DNA of 64,000 bases from Auanema rhodensis (Eukaryota; Animalia; Nematoda). Below the pieces are notes generated by a model, which ran no database searches, was not told the origin of the DNA, and was given only the letters and a program-made list of their open reading frames with translations. The translations under genes and the position numbers were made by a program. Below, piece after piece: positions 10,301 through 25,300 of this stretch. Location of the stretch: the NCBI GenBank assembly GCA_964057225.1, contig OZ059898.1:2542001-2606000 (forward strand), read 5' to 3'. Every line of letters starts with the position of its first letter. The stretch's first letter is position 1.

Positions 10301-13300
10301 GAATCTAAAAACATCTACTTTTAGCTAAATTATTTTGAAATTTTTCGAAAAAATTTTTGTCAAAATGTTTTTGGAAGCAATGTTGAGTGTACATGGAAAC
10401 TCAACATACACTAATGCATCATTTTTCAAACGATCATAACTAATTTTTGTATTAAGCGTTTCTCAATGTAGTATAGTGCATTCGATGCGGATTTTTAAGC
10501 TGCGTCGATCTGTGTTATCAGATTTGCGCTAGCTTGAAAATGCACCGAGATATCAACTGATATAAGTTCACACTTATATCCTCAATTTTCACCCTGAAGA
10601 ATTAATTTTTTCGTTGAATAACATTGTCCATCGTCTTTGCCTTGAAAAATGGAATCTTAAAACATCTACTTTTTGCTAAATTATTTTGAAATTTTTCGAA
10701 AAAATTTTTGTCAAAATGTTTTTGGAAGCAATGTTGAGTGTACATGGAAACTCAACATACACTAATGCATCATTTTTCAAACGATCATAACTAATTTTTG
10801 TATCAAGTGTTTCTCAATGTAATATAGTGCATTCGATGCGGATTTTTAAGCTGCGTCGATCTGTGTTATCAGATTTGCGCTAGCTTAAAAATGCACCGAG
10901 ATATCAACTGATATAAGTTCACACTTATATCCTCGATTTTCACCCTGAAAAATTAATTTTTTCGTTGAATAACATTGTCCATCGTCTTCGCGTTGAAAAA
11001 TGGAATCTAAAAACATCTACTTTTTGCTAAATTATTTTGAAATTTTTCGAAAAAATTTTTGTCAAAATGTTTTTGGAAGCAATGTTGAGTGTACATGGAA
11101 ACTCAACATACACTAATGCATCATTTTTCAAACGATCATAACTAATTTTTGTATCAAGCGTTTTTCAATGTAGTATAGTGCATTCGATGCGGATTTTTAA
11201 GCTGCGTCGATCTGTGTTATCAGATTTGCGCTAGCTTAAAAATGCACCGAGATATCAACTGATATAAGTTCACACTTATATCCTCGATTTTCACCCTGAA
11301 GAAATAATTTTTTCCTTGAATAACATTGTCCATCGTCTTTGCCTTGAAAAAAGGAATCTAAAAACATCTACTTTTTGCTAAATTATTTTGAAATTTTTCG
11401 AAAAAATTTTTGTCAAAATGTTTTTGGAAGCAATGTTGAGTGTACATGGAAACTCAACATACACTAATGCATCATTTTTCAAACGATCATAACTAATTTT
11501 TGTATTAAGCGTTTCTCGATGTAGTATAGTGCATTCGATGCGGATTTTTAAGCTGCGTCGATCTGTGTTATCAGATTTGCGCTAGCTTAAAAATGCACCG
11601 AGATATCAACTGATATAAGTTCACACTTATATCCTCGATTTTCACCCTGAAGAAATAATTTTTTCCTTGAATAACATTGTCCATCGTCTTTGCCTTGAAA
11701 AAAGGAATCTAAAAACATCTACTTTTTGCTAAATTATTTTGAAATTTTTCGAAAAAATTTTTGTCAAAATGTTTTTGGAAGCAATGTTGAGTGTACATGG
11801 AAACTCAACATACACTAATGCATCATTTTTCAAACGGTCATAACTAATTTTTGTATTAAGCGTTTCTCAATGTAGTATAGTGCATTCGATGCGGATTTTT
11901 AAGCTGCGTCGATCTGTGTTATCAGATTTGCGCTAGCTTAAAAATGCACCGAGATATCAACTGATATAAGTTCACACTTATATCCTCGATTTTCACCCTG
12001 AAGAATTAATTTTTTTGTTGAATAACATTGTCTATCGTCTTTGCCTTAAAAAATGGAATCTAAAAACATCTACTTTTAGCTAAATTATTTTGAAATTTTT
12101 CGAAAAAATTTTTGTCAAAATGTTTTTGGAAGCAATGTTGAGTGTACATGGAAACTCAACATACACTAATGCATCATTTTTCAAACGATCATAACTAATT
12201 TTTGTATTAAGCGTTTCTCAATGTAGTATAGTGCATTCGATGCGGATTTTTAAGCTGCGTCGATCTGTGTTATCAGATTTGCGCTAGCTTAAAAATGCAC
12301 CGAGATATCAACTGATATAAGTTCACACTTATATCCTCGATTTTCACCCTGAAGAAATAATTTTTTCCTTGAATAACATTGTCCATCGTCTTTGCCTTGA
12401 AAAAAGGAATCTAAAAACATCTACTTTTTGCTAAATTATTTTGAAATTTTTCGAAAAAATTTTTGTCAAAATGTTTTTGGAAGCAATGTTGAGTGTACAT
12501 GGAAACTCAACATACACTAATGCATCATTTTTCAAACGATCATAACTAATTTTTGTATTAAGCGTTTCTCAATGTAGTATAGTGCATTCGATGCGGATTT
12601 TTAAGCTGCGTCGATCTGTGTTATCAGATTTGCGCTAGCTTAAAAATGCACCGAGATATCAACTGATATAAGTTCACACTTATATCCTCGATTTTCACCC
12701 TGAAGAATTAATTTTTTTGTGGAATAACATTGTCTATCGTCTTTGCCTTAAAAAATGGAATCTAAAAACATCTACTTTTAGCTAAATTATTTTGAAATTT
12801 TTCGAAAAAATTTTTGTCAAAATGTTTTTGGAAGCAATGTTGAGTGTACATGGAAACTCAACATACACTAATGCATCATTTTTCAAACGATCATAACTAA
12901 TTTTTGTATTGAGCGTTTCTCAATGTAGTATAGTGCATTCGATGCGGATTTTTAAGCTGCGTCGATCTGTGTTATCAGATTTGCGCTAGCTTAAAAATGC
13001 ACCGAGATATCAACTGATATAAGTTCACACTTATATCCTCGATTTTCACCCTGAAGAAATAATTTTTTCCTTGAATAACATTGTCCATCGTCTTTGCCTT
13101 GAAAAAAGGAATCTAAAAACATCTACTTTTTGCTAAATTATTTTGAAATTTTTCGAAAAAATTTTTGTCAAAATGTTTTTGGAAGCAATGTTGAGTGTAC
13201 ATGGAAACTCAACATACACTAATGCATCATTTTTCAAACGATCATAACTAATTTTTGTATTAAGCGTTTCTCAATGTAGTATAGTGCATTCGATGCGGAT

Positions 13301-16300
13301 TTTTAAGCTGCGTCGATCTGTGTTATCAGATTTGCGCTAGCTTAAAAATGCACCGAGATATCAACTGATATAAGTTCACACTTATATCCTCGATTTTCAC
13401 CCTGAAGAATTAATTTTTTTGTTGAATAACATTGTCTATCGTCTTTGCCTTAAAAAATGGAATCTAAAAACATCTACTTTTAGCTAAATTATTTTGAAAT
13501 TTTTCGAAAAAATTTTTGTCAAAATGTTTTTGGAAGCAATGTTGAGTGTACATGGAAACTCAACATACACTAATGCATCATTTTTCAAACGATCATAACT
13601 AATTTTTGTATCAAGTGTTTCTCAATGTAGTATAGTGCATTCGATGCGGATTTTTAAGCTGCGTCGATCTGTGTTATCAGATTTGCGCTAGCTTAAAAAT
13701 GCACCGAGATATCAACTGATATAAGTTCACACTTATATCCTCGATTTTCACCCTGAAGAAATAATTTTTTCCTTGAATAACATTGTCCATCGTCTTTGCC
13801 TTGAAAAAAGGAATCTAAAAACATCTACTTTTTGCTAAATTATTTTGAAATTTTTCGAAAAAATTTTTGTCAAAATGTTTTTGGAAGCAATGTTGAGTGT
13901 ACATGGAAACTCAACATACACTAATGCATCATTTTTCAAACGATCATAACTAATTTTTGTATTAAGCGTTTCTCAATGTAGTATAGTGCATTCGATGCGG
14001 ATTTTTAAGCTGCGTCGATCTGTGTTATCAGATTTGCGCTAGCTTAAAAATGCACCGAGATATCAACTGATATAAGTTCACACTTATATCCTCGATTTTC
14101 ACCCTGAAGAATTAATTTTTTTGTGGAATAACATTGTCTATCGTCTTTGCCTTAAAAAATGGAATCTAAAAACATCTACTTTTAGCTAAATTATTTTGAA
14201 ATTTTTCGAAAAAATTTTTGTCAAAATGTTTTTGGAAGCAATGTTGAGTGTACATGGAAACTCAACATACACTAATGCATCATTTTTCAAACGATCATAA
14301 CTAATTTTTGTATTAAGCGTTTCTCAATGTAGTATAGTGCATTCGATGCGGATTTTTAAGCTGCGTCGATCTGTGTTATCAGATTTGCGCTAGCTTAAAA
14401 ATGCACCGAGATATCAACTGATATAAGTTCACACTTATATCCTCGATTTTCACCCTGAAGAAATAATTTTTTCCTTGAATAACATTGTCCATCGTCTTTG
14501 CCTTGAAAAAAGGAATCTAAAAACATCTACTTTTTGCTAAATTATTTTGAAATTTTTCGAAAAAATTTTTGTCAAAATGTTTTTGGAAGCAATGTTGAGT
14601 GTACATGGAAACTCAACATACACTAATGCATCATTTTTCAAACGATCATAACTAATTTTTGTATTAAGCGTTTCTCAATGTAGTATAGTGCATTCGATGC
14701 GGATTTTTAAGCTGCGTCGATCTGTGTTATCAGATTTGCGCTAGCTTAAAAATGCACCGAGATATCAACTGATATAAGTTCACACTTATCTCCTCGATTT
14801 TCACCCTGAAGAATTAATTTTTTTGTTGAATAACATTGTCTATCGTCTTTGCCTTAAAAAATGGAATCTAAAAACATCTACTTTTAGCTAAATTATTTTG
14901 AAATTTTTCGAAAAAATTTTTGTCAAAATGTTTTTGGAAGCAATGTTGAGTGTACATGGAAACTCAACATACACTAATGCATCATTTTTCAAACGATCAT
15001 AACTAATTTTTGTATCAAGTGTTTCTCAATGTAGTATAGTGCATTCGATGCGGATTTTTAAGCTGCGTCGATCTGTGTTATCAGATTTGCGCTAGCTTAA
15101 AAATGCACCGAGATATCAACTGATATAAGTTCACACTTATATCCTCGATTTTCACCCTGAAGAATTAATTTTTTCGTTGAATAACATTGTCCATCGTCTT
15201 TGCCTTGAAAAATGGAATCTTAAAACATCTACTTTTTGCTAAATTATTTTGAAATTTTTCGAAAAAATTTTTGTCAAAATGTTTTTGGAAGCAATGTTGA
15301 GTGTACATGGAAACTCAACATACACTAATGCATCATTTTTCAAACGATCATAACTAATTTTTGTATCAAGTGTTTCTCAATGTAATATAGTGCATTCGAT
15401 GCGGATTTTTAAGATGCGTCGATCTGTGTTGTCAGATTTGCGCTAGCTTAAAAATGCACCGAGATATCAACTGATATAAGTTCACACTTATATCCTCGAT
15501 TTTCACCCTGAAGAAATAATTTTTTCGTTGAATAACATTGTCCATCGTCTTTGCGTTGAAAAATGGAATCTAAAAACATCTACTTTTTGCTAAATTATTT
15601 TGAAATTTTTCGAAAAAATTTTTGTCAAAATGTTTTTGGAAGCAATGTTGAGTGTACATGGAAACTCAACATACACTAATGCATCATTTTTCAAACGATC
15701 ATAACTAATTTTTGTATCAAGTGTTTCTCAATGTAGTATAGTGCATTCGATGCGGATTTTTAAGCTGCGTCGATCTGTGTTATCAGATTTGCGCTAGCTT
15801 AAAAATGCACCGAGATATCAACTGATATAAGTTCACACTTATATCCTCGATTTTCACCCTGAAAAATTAATTTTTTCGTTGAATAACATTGTCCATCTTC
15901 TTTGCGTTGAAAAATGGAATCTAAAAACATCTACTTTTTGCTAAATTATTTTGAAATTTTTCGAAAAAATTTTTGTCAAAATGTTTTTGGAAGCAATGTT
16001 GAGTGTACATGGAAACTCAACATACACTAATGCATCATTTTTCAAACGATCATAACTAATTTTTGTATCAAGCGTTTCTCAATGTAGTATAGTGCATTCG
16101 ATCCGGATTTTTAAGATGCGTCGATCTGTGTTGTCAGATTTGCGCTAGCTTAAAAATGCACCGAGATATCAACTGATATAAGTTCACACTTATATTCTCG
16201 ATTTTCACCCTGAAGAAATAATTTTTTCCTTGAATAACATTGTCCATCGTCTTTGCCTTGAAAAAAGGAATCTAAAAACATCTACTTTTTGCTAAATTAT

Positions 16301-19300
16301 TTTGAAATTTTTCGAAAAAATTTTTGTCAAAATGTTTTTGGAAGCAATGTTGAGTGTACATGGAAACTCAACATACACTAATGCATCATTTTTCAAACGA
16401 TCATAACTAATTTTTGTATCAAGTGTTTCTCAATGTAATATAGTGCATTCGATGCGGATTTTTAAGCTGCGTCGATCTGTGTTATCAGATTTGCGCTAGC
16501 TTAAAAATGCACCGAGATATCAACTGATATAAGTTCACACTTATATCCTCGATTTTCACCCTGAAGAATTAATTTTTTCGTTGAATAACATTGTCTATCG
16601 TCTTTGCCTTAAAAAATGGAATCTAAAAACATCTACTTTTAGCTAAATTATTTTGAAATTTTTCGAAAAAATTTTTGTCAAAATGTTTTTGGAAGCAATG
16701 TTGAGTGTACATGGAAACTCAACATACACTAATGCATCATTTTTCAAACGATCATAACTAATTTTTGTATTAAGCGTTTCTCAATGTAGTATAGTGCATT
16801 CGATGCGGATTTTTAAGCTGCGTCGATCTGTGTTATCAGATTTGCGCTAGCTTAAAAATGCACCGAGATATCAACTGATATAAGTTCACACTTATATCCT
16901 CGATTTTCACCCTGAAGAAATAATTTTTTCCTTGAATAACATTGTCCATCGTCTTTGCCTTGAAAAAAGGAATCTAAAAACATCTACTTTTTGCTAAATT
17001 ATTTTGAAATTTTTCGAAAAAATTTTTGTCAAAATGTTTTTGGAAGCAATGTTGAGTGTACATGGAAACTCAACATACACTAATGCATCATTTTTCAAAC
17101 GATCATAACTAATTTTTGTATTGAGCGTTTCTCAATGTAGTATAGTGCATTCGATGCGGATTTTTAAGCTGCGTCGATCTGTGTTATCAGATTTGCGCTA
17201 GCTTAAAAATGCACCGAGATATCAACTGATATAAGTTCACACTTATATCCTCGATTTTCACCCTGAAGAAATAATTTTTTCCTTGAATAACATTGTCCAT
17301 CGTCTTTGCCTTGAAAAAAGGAATCTAAAAACATCTACTTTTTGCTAAATTATTTTGAAATTTTTCGAAAAAATTTTTGTCAAAATGTTTTTGGAAGCAA
17401 TGTTGAGTGTACATGGAAACTCAACATACACTAATGCATCATTTTTCAAACGATCATAACTAATTTTTGTATTAAGCGTTTCTCAATGTAGTATAGTGCA
17501 TTCGATGCGGATTTTTAAGCTGCGTCGATCTGTGTTATCAGATTTGCGCTAGCTTAAAAATGCACCGAGATATCAACTGATATAAGTTCACACTTATATC
17601 CTCGATTTTCACCCTGAAGAATTAATTTTTTTGTTGAATAACATTGTCTATCGTCTTTGCCTTAAAAAATGGAATCTAAAAACATCTACTTTTAGCTAAA
17701 TTATTTTGAAATTTTTCGAAAAAATTTTTGTCAAAATGTTTTTGGAAGCAATGTTGAGTGTACATGGAAACTCAACATACACTAATGCATCATTTTTCAA
17801 ACGATCATAACTAATTTTTGTATCAAGTGTTTCTCAATGTAGTATAGTGCATTCGATGCGGATTTTTAAGCTGCGTCGATCTGTGTTATCAGATTTGCGC
17901 TAGCTTAAAAATGCACCGAGATATCAACTGATATAAGTTCACACTTATATCCTCGATTTTCACCCTGAAGAATTAATTTTTTCGTTGAATAACATTGTCC
18001 ATCGTCTTTGCCTTGAAAAATGGAATCTTAAAACATCTACTTTTTGCTAAATTATTTTGAAATTTTTCGAAAAAATTTTTGTCAAAATGTTTTTGGAAGC
18101 AATGTTGAGTGTACATGGAAACTCAACATACACTAATGCATCATTTTTCAAACGATCATAACTAATTTTTGTATTAAGCGTTTCTCAATGTAGTATAGTG
18201 CATTCGATGCGGATTTTTAAGCTGCGTCGATCTGTGTTATCAGATTTGCGCTAGCTTAAAAATGCACCGAGATATCAACTGATATAAGTTCACACTTATA
18301 TCCTCGATTTTCACCCTGAAGAAATAATTTTTTCCTTGAATAACATTGTCCATCGTCTTTGCCTTGAAAAAAGGAATCTAAAAACATCTATTTTTTGCTA
18401 AATTATTTTGAAATTTTTCGAAAAAATTTTTGTCAAAATGTTTTTGGAAGCAATGTTGAGTGTACATGGAAACTCAACATACACTAATGCATCATTTTTC
18501 AAACGATCATAACTAATTTTTGTATTAAGCGTTTCTCAATGTAGTATAGTGCATTCGATGCGGATTTTTAAGCTGCGTCGATCTGTGTTATCAGATTTGC
18601 GCTAGCTTAAAAATGCACCGAGATATCAACTGATATAAGTTCACACTTATATCCTCGATTTTCACCCTGAAGAATTAATTTTTTTGTTGAATAACATTGT
18701 CTATCGTCTTTGCCTTAAAAAATGGAATCTAAAAACATCTACTTTTAGCTAAATTATTTTGAAATTTTTCGAAAAAATTTTTGTCAAAATGTTTTTGGAA
18801 GCAATGTTGAGTGTACATGGAAACTCAACATACACTAATGCATCATTTTTCAAACGATCATAACTAATTTTTGTATTGAGCGTTTCTCAATGTAGTATAG
18901 TGCATTCGATGCGGATTTTTAAGCTGCGTCGATCTGTGTTATCAGATTTGCGCTAGCTTAAAAATGCACCGAGATATCAACTGATATAAGTTCACACTTA
19001 TATCCTCGATTTTCACCCTGAAGAAATAATTTTTTCCTTGAATAACATTGTCCATCGTCTTTGCCTTGAAAAAAGGAATCTAAAAACATCTACTTTTTGC
19101 TAAATTATTTTGAAATTTTTCGAAAAAATTTTTGTCAAAATGTTTTTGGAAGCAATGTTGAGTGTACATGGAAACTCAACATACACTAATGCATCATTTT
19201 TCAAACGATCATAACTAATTTTTGTATTAAGCGTTTCTCAATGTAGTATAGTGCATTCGATGCGGATTTTTAAGCTGCGTCGATCTGTGTTATCAGATTT

Positions 19301-22300
19301 GCGCTAGCTTAAAAATGCACCGAGATATCAACTGATATAAGTTCACACTTATATCCTCGATTTTCACCCTGAAGAATTAATTTTTTTGTTGAATAACATT
19401 GTCTATCGTCTTTGCCTTAAAAAATGGAATCTAAAAACATCTACTTTTAGCTAAATTATTTTGAAATTTTTCGAAAAAATTTTTGTCAAAATGTTTTTGG
19501 AAGCAATGTTGAGTGTACATGGAAACTCAACATACACTAATGCATCATTTTTCAAACGATCATAACTAATTTTTGTATCAAGTGTTTCTCAATGTAGTAT
19601 AGTGCATTCGATGCGGATTTTTAAGCTGCGTCGATCTGTGTTATCAGATTTGCGCTAGCTTAAAAATGCACCGAGATATCAACTGATATAAGTTCACACT
19701 TATATCCTCGATTTTCACCCTGAAGAATTAATTTTTTCGTTAAATAACATTGTCCATCGTCTTTGCCTTGAAAAATGGAATCTTAAAACATCTACTTTTT
19801 GCTAAATTATTTTGAAATTTTTCGAAAAAATTTTTGTCAAAATGTTTTTGGAAGCAATGTTGAGTGTACATGGAAACTCAACATACACTAATGCATCATT
19901 TTTCAAACGATCATAACTAATTTTTGTATTAAGCGTTTCTCAATGTAGTATAGTGCATTCGATGCGGATTTTTAAGCTGCGTCGATCTGTGTTATCAGAT
20001 TTGCGCTAGCTTAAAAATGCACCGAGATATCAACTGATATAAGTTCACACTTATATCCTCGATTTTCACCCTGAAGAAATAATTTTTTCCTTGAATAACA
20101 TTGTCCATCGTCTTTGCCTTGAAAAAAGGAATCTAAAAACATCTACTTTTTGCTAAATTATTTTGAAATTTTTCGAAAAAATTTTTGTCAAAATGTTTTT
20201 GGAAGCAATGTTGAGTGTACATGGAAACTCAACATACACTAATGCATCATTTTTCAAACGATCATAACTAATTTTTGTATTAAGCGTTTCTCAATGTAGT
20301 ATAGTGCATTCGATGCGGATTTTTAAGCTGCGTCGATCTGTGTTATCAGATTTGCGCTAGCTTAAAAATGCACCGAGATATCAACTGATATAAGTTCACA
20401 CTTATATCCTCGATTTTCACCCTGAAGAATTAATTTTTTTGTTGAATAACATTGTCTATCGTCTTTGCCTTAAAAAATGGAATCTAAAAACATCTACTTT
20501 TAGCTAAATTATTTTGAAATTTTTCGAAAAAACTTTTGTCAAAATGTTTTTGGAAGCAATGTTGAGTGTACATGGAAACTCAACATACACTAATGCATCA
20601 TTTTTCAAACGATCATAACTAATTTTTGTATTAAGCGTTTCTCAATGTAGTATAGTGCATTCGATGCGGATTTTTAAGCTGCGTCGATCTGTGTTATCAG
20701 ATTTGCGCTAGCTTAAAAATGCACCGAGATATCAACTGATATAAGTTCACACTTATATCCTCGATTTTCACCCTGAAGAAATAATTTTTTCCTTGAATAA
20801 CATTGTCCATCGTCTTTGCCTTGAAAAAAGGAATCTAAAAACATCTACTTTTTGCTAAATTATTTTGAAATTTTTCGAAAAAATTTTTGTCAAAATGTTT
20901 TTGGAAGCAATGTTGAGTGTACATGGAAACTCAACATACACTAATGCATCATTTTTCAAACGATCATAACTAATTTTTGTATTAAGCGTTTCTCAATGTA
21001 GTATAGTGCATTCGATGCGGATTTTTAAGCTGCGTCGATCTGTGTTATCAGATTTGCGCTAGCTTAAAAATGCACCGAGATATCAACTGATATAAGTTCA
21101 CACTTATATCCTCGATTTTCACCCTGAAGAATTAATTTTTTTGTTGAATAACATTGTCTATCGTCTTTGCCTTAAAAAATGGAATCTAAAAACATCTACT
21201 TTTAGCTAAATTATTTTGAAATTTTTCGAAAAAACTTTTGTCAAAATGTTTTTGGAAGCAATGTTGAGTGTACATGGAAACTCAACATACACTAATGCAT
21301 CATTTTTCAAACGATCATAACTAATTTTTGTATTAAGCGTTTCTCAATGTAGTATAGTGCATTCGATGCGGATTTTTAAGCTGCGTCGATCTGTGTTATC
21401 AGATTTGCGCTAGCTTAAAAATGCACCGAGATATCAACTGATATAAGTTCACACTTATATCCTCGATTTTCACCCTGAAGAAATAATTTTTTCCTTGAAT
21501 AACATTGTCCATCGTCTTTGCCTTGAAAAAAGGAATCTAAAAACATCTACTTTTTGCTAAATTATTTTGAAATTTTTCGAAAAAATTTTTGTCAAAATGT
21601 TTTTGGAAGCAATGTTGAGTGTACATGGAAACTCAACATACACTAATGCATCATTTTTCAAACGATCATAACTAATTTTTGTATTAAGCGTTTCTCAATG
21701 TAGTATAGTGCATTCGATGCGGATTTTTAAGCTGCGTCGATCTGTGTTATCAGATTTGCGCTAGCTTAAAAATGCACCGAGATATCAACTGATATAAGTT
21801 CACACTTATATCCTCGATTTTCACCCTGAAGAATTAATTTTTTTGTTGAATAACATTGTCTATCGTCTTTGCCTTAAAAAATGGAATCTAAAAACATCTA
21901 CTTTTAGCTAAATTATTTTGAAATTTTTCGAAAAAATTTTTGTCAAAATGTTTTTGGAAGCAATGTTGAGTGTACATGGAAACTCAACATACACTAATGC
22001 ATCATTTTTCAAACGATCATAACTAATTTTTGTATTAAGCGTTTCTCAATGTAGTATAGTGCATTCGATGCGGATTTTTAAGCTGCGTCGATCTGTGTTA
22101 TCAGATTTGCGCTAGCTTAAAAATGCACCGAGATATCAACTGATATAAGTTCACACTTATATCCTCGATTTTCACCCTGAAGAATTAATTTTTTTGTTGA
22201 ATAACATTGTCTATCGTCTTTGCCTTAAAAAATGGAATCTAAAAACATCTACTTTTAGCTAAATTATTTTGAAATTTTTCGAAAAAATTTTTGTCAAAAT

Positions 22301-25300
22301 GTTTTTGGAAGCAATGTTGAGTGTACATGGAAACTCAACATACACTAATGCATCATTTTTCAAACGATCATAACTAATTTTTGTATCAAGTGTTTCTCAA
22401 TGTAGTATAGTGCATTCGATGCGGATTTTTAAGCTGCGTCGATCTGTGTTATCAGATTTGCGCTAGCTTAAAAATGCACCGAGATATCAACTGATATAAG
22501 TTCACACTTATATCCTCGATTTTCACCCTGAAGAATTAATTTTTTCGTTGAATAACATTGTCCATCGTCTTTGCGTTGAAAAATGGAATCTAAAAACATC
22601 TACTTTTTGCTAAATTATTTTGAAATTTTTCGAAAAAATTTTTGTCAAAATGTTTTTGGAAGCAATGTTGAGTGTACATGGAAACTCAACATACACTAAT
22701 GCATCATTTTTCAAACGATCATAACTAATTTTTGTATCAAGCGTTTTTCAATGTAGTATAGTGCATTCGATGCGGATTTTTAAGCTGCGTCGATCTGTGT
22801 TATCAGATTTGCGCTAGCTTAAAAATGCACCGAGATATCAACTGATATAAGTTCACACTTATATCCTCGATTTTCACCCTGAAGAAATAATTTTTTCCTT
22901 GAATAACATTGTCCATCGTCTTTGCCTTGAAAAAAGGAATCTAAAAACATCTACTTTTTGCTAAATTATTTTGAAATTTTTCGAAAAAATTTTTGTCAAA
23001 ATGTTTTTGGAAGCAATGTTGAGTGTACATGGAAACTCAACATACACTAATGCATCATTTTTCAAACGATCATAACTAATTTTTGTATTAAGCGTTTCTC
23101 GATGTAGTATAGTGCATTCGATGCGGATTTTTAAGCTGCGTCGATCTGTGTTATCAGATTTGCGCTAGCTTAAAAATGCACCGAGATATCAACTGATATA
23201 AGTTCACACTTATATCCTCGATTTTCACCCTGAAGAAATAATTTTTTCCTTGAATAACATTGTCCATCGTCTTTGCCTTGAAAAAAGGAATCTAAAAACA
23301 TCTACTTTTTGCTAAATTATTTTGAAATTTTTCGAAAAAATTTTTGTCAAAATGTTTTTGGAAGCAATGTTGAGTGTACATGGAAACTCAACATACACTA
23401 ATGCATCATTTTTCAAACGATCATAACTAATTTTTGTATTAAGCGTTTCTCAATGTAGTATAGTGCATTCGATGCGGATTTTTAAGCTGCGTCGATCTGT
23501 GTTATCAGATTTGCGCTAGCTTAAAAATGCACCGAGATATCAACTGATATAAGTTCACACTTATATCCTCGATTTTCACCCTGAAGAATTAATTTTTTTG
23601 TTGAATAACATTGTCTATCGTCTTTGCCTTAAAAAATGGAATCTAAAAACATCTACTTTTAGCTAAATTATTTTGAAATTTTTCGAAAAAACTTTTGTCA
23701 AAATGTTTTTGGAAGCAATGTTGAGTGTACATGGAAACTCAACATACACTAATGCATCATTTTTCAAACGATCATAACTAATTTTTGTATTAAGCGTTTC
23801 TCAATGTAGTATAGTGCATTCGATGCGGATTTTTAAGCTGCGTCGATCTGTGTTATCAGATTTGCGCTAGCTTAAAAATGCACCGAGATATCAACTGATA
23901 TAAGTTCACACTTATATCCTCGATTTTCACCCTGAAGAAATAATTTTTTCCTTGAATAACATTGTCCATCGTCTTTGCCTTGAAAAAAGGAATCTAAAAA
24001 CATCTACTTTTTGCTAAATTATTTTGAAATTTTTCGAAAAAATTTTTGTCAAAATGTTTTTGGAAGCAATGTTGAGTGTACATGGAAACTCAACATACAC
24101 TAATGCATCATTTTTCAAACGATCATAACTAATTTTTGTATTAAGCGTTTCTCAATGTAGTATAGTGCATTCGATGCGGATTTTTAAGCTGCGTCGATCT
24201 GTGTTATCAGATTTGCGCTAGCTTAAAAATGCACCGAGATATCAACTGATATAAGTTCACACTTATATCCTCGATTTTCACCCTGAAGAATTAATTTTTT
24301 TGTTGAATAACATTGTCTATCGTCTTTGCCTTAAAAAATGGAATCTAAAAACATCTACTTTTAGCTAAATTATTTTGAAATTTTTCGAAAAAATTTTTGT
24401 CAAAATGTTTTTGGAAGCAATGTTGAGTGTACATGGAAACTCAACATACACTAATGCATCATTTTTCAAACGATCATAACTAATTTTTGTATTAAGCGTT
24501 TCTCAATGTAGTATAGTGCATTCGATGCGGATTTTTAAGCTGCGTCGATCTGTGTTATCAGATTTGCGCTAGCTTAAAAATGCACCGAGATATCAACTGA
24601 TATAAGTTCACACTTATATCCTCGATTTTCACCCTGAAGAATTAATTTTTTTGTTGAATAACATTGTCTATCGTCTTTGCCTTAAAAAATGGAATCTAAA
24701 AACATCTACTTTTAGCTAAATTATTTTGAAATTTTTCGAAAAAATTTTTGTCAAAATGTTTTTGGAAGCAATGTTGAGTGTACATGGAAACTCAACATAC
24801 ACTAATGCATCATTTTTCAAACGATCATAACTAATTTTTGTATCAAGTGTTTCTCAATGTAGTATAGTGCATTCGATGCGGATTTTTAAGCTGCGTCGAT
24901 CTGTGTTATCAGATTTGCGCTAGCTTAAAAATGCACCGAGATATCAACTGATATAAGTTCACACTTATATCCTCGATTTTCACCCTGAAGAATTAATTTT
25001 TTCGTTGAATAACATTGTCCATCGTCTTTTCCTTGAAAAATGGAATCTTAAAACATCTACTTTTTGCTAAATTATTTTGAAATTTTTCGAAAAAATTTTT
25101 GTCAAAATGTTTTTGGAAGCAATGTTGAGTGTACATGGAAACTCAACATACACTAATGCATCATTTTTCAAACGATCATAACTAATTTTTGTATCAAGTG
25201 TTTCTCAATGTAATATAGTGCATTCGATGCGGATTTTTAAGATGCGTCGATCTGTGTTGTCAGATTTGCGCTAGCTTAAAAATGCACCGAGATATCAACT

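Larger units (their letters stand above)
4213..15795 (+). repeat. Block duplication with 17-monomer (5967-bp) period: M13-M28 = M30-M45
   Basis: Private SNPs recur 5967 bp apart: 254G at 5870/11837 and 48C at 8823/14790. The 85G+275G pair in M20/M37, 286G in M16/M33 and 108C+111G in M15/M32 follow the same offset. Confidence 0.92.
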
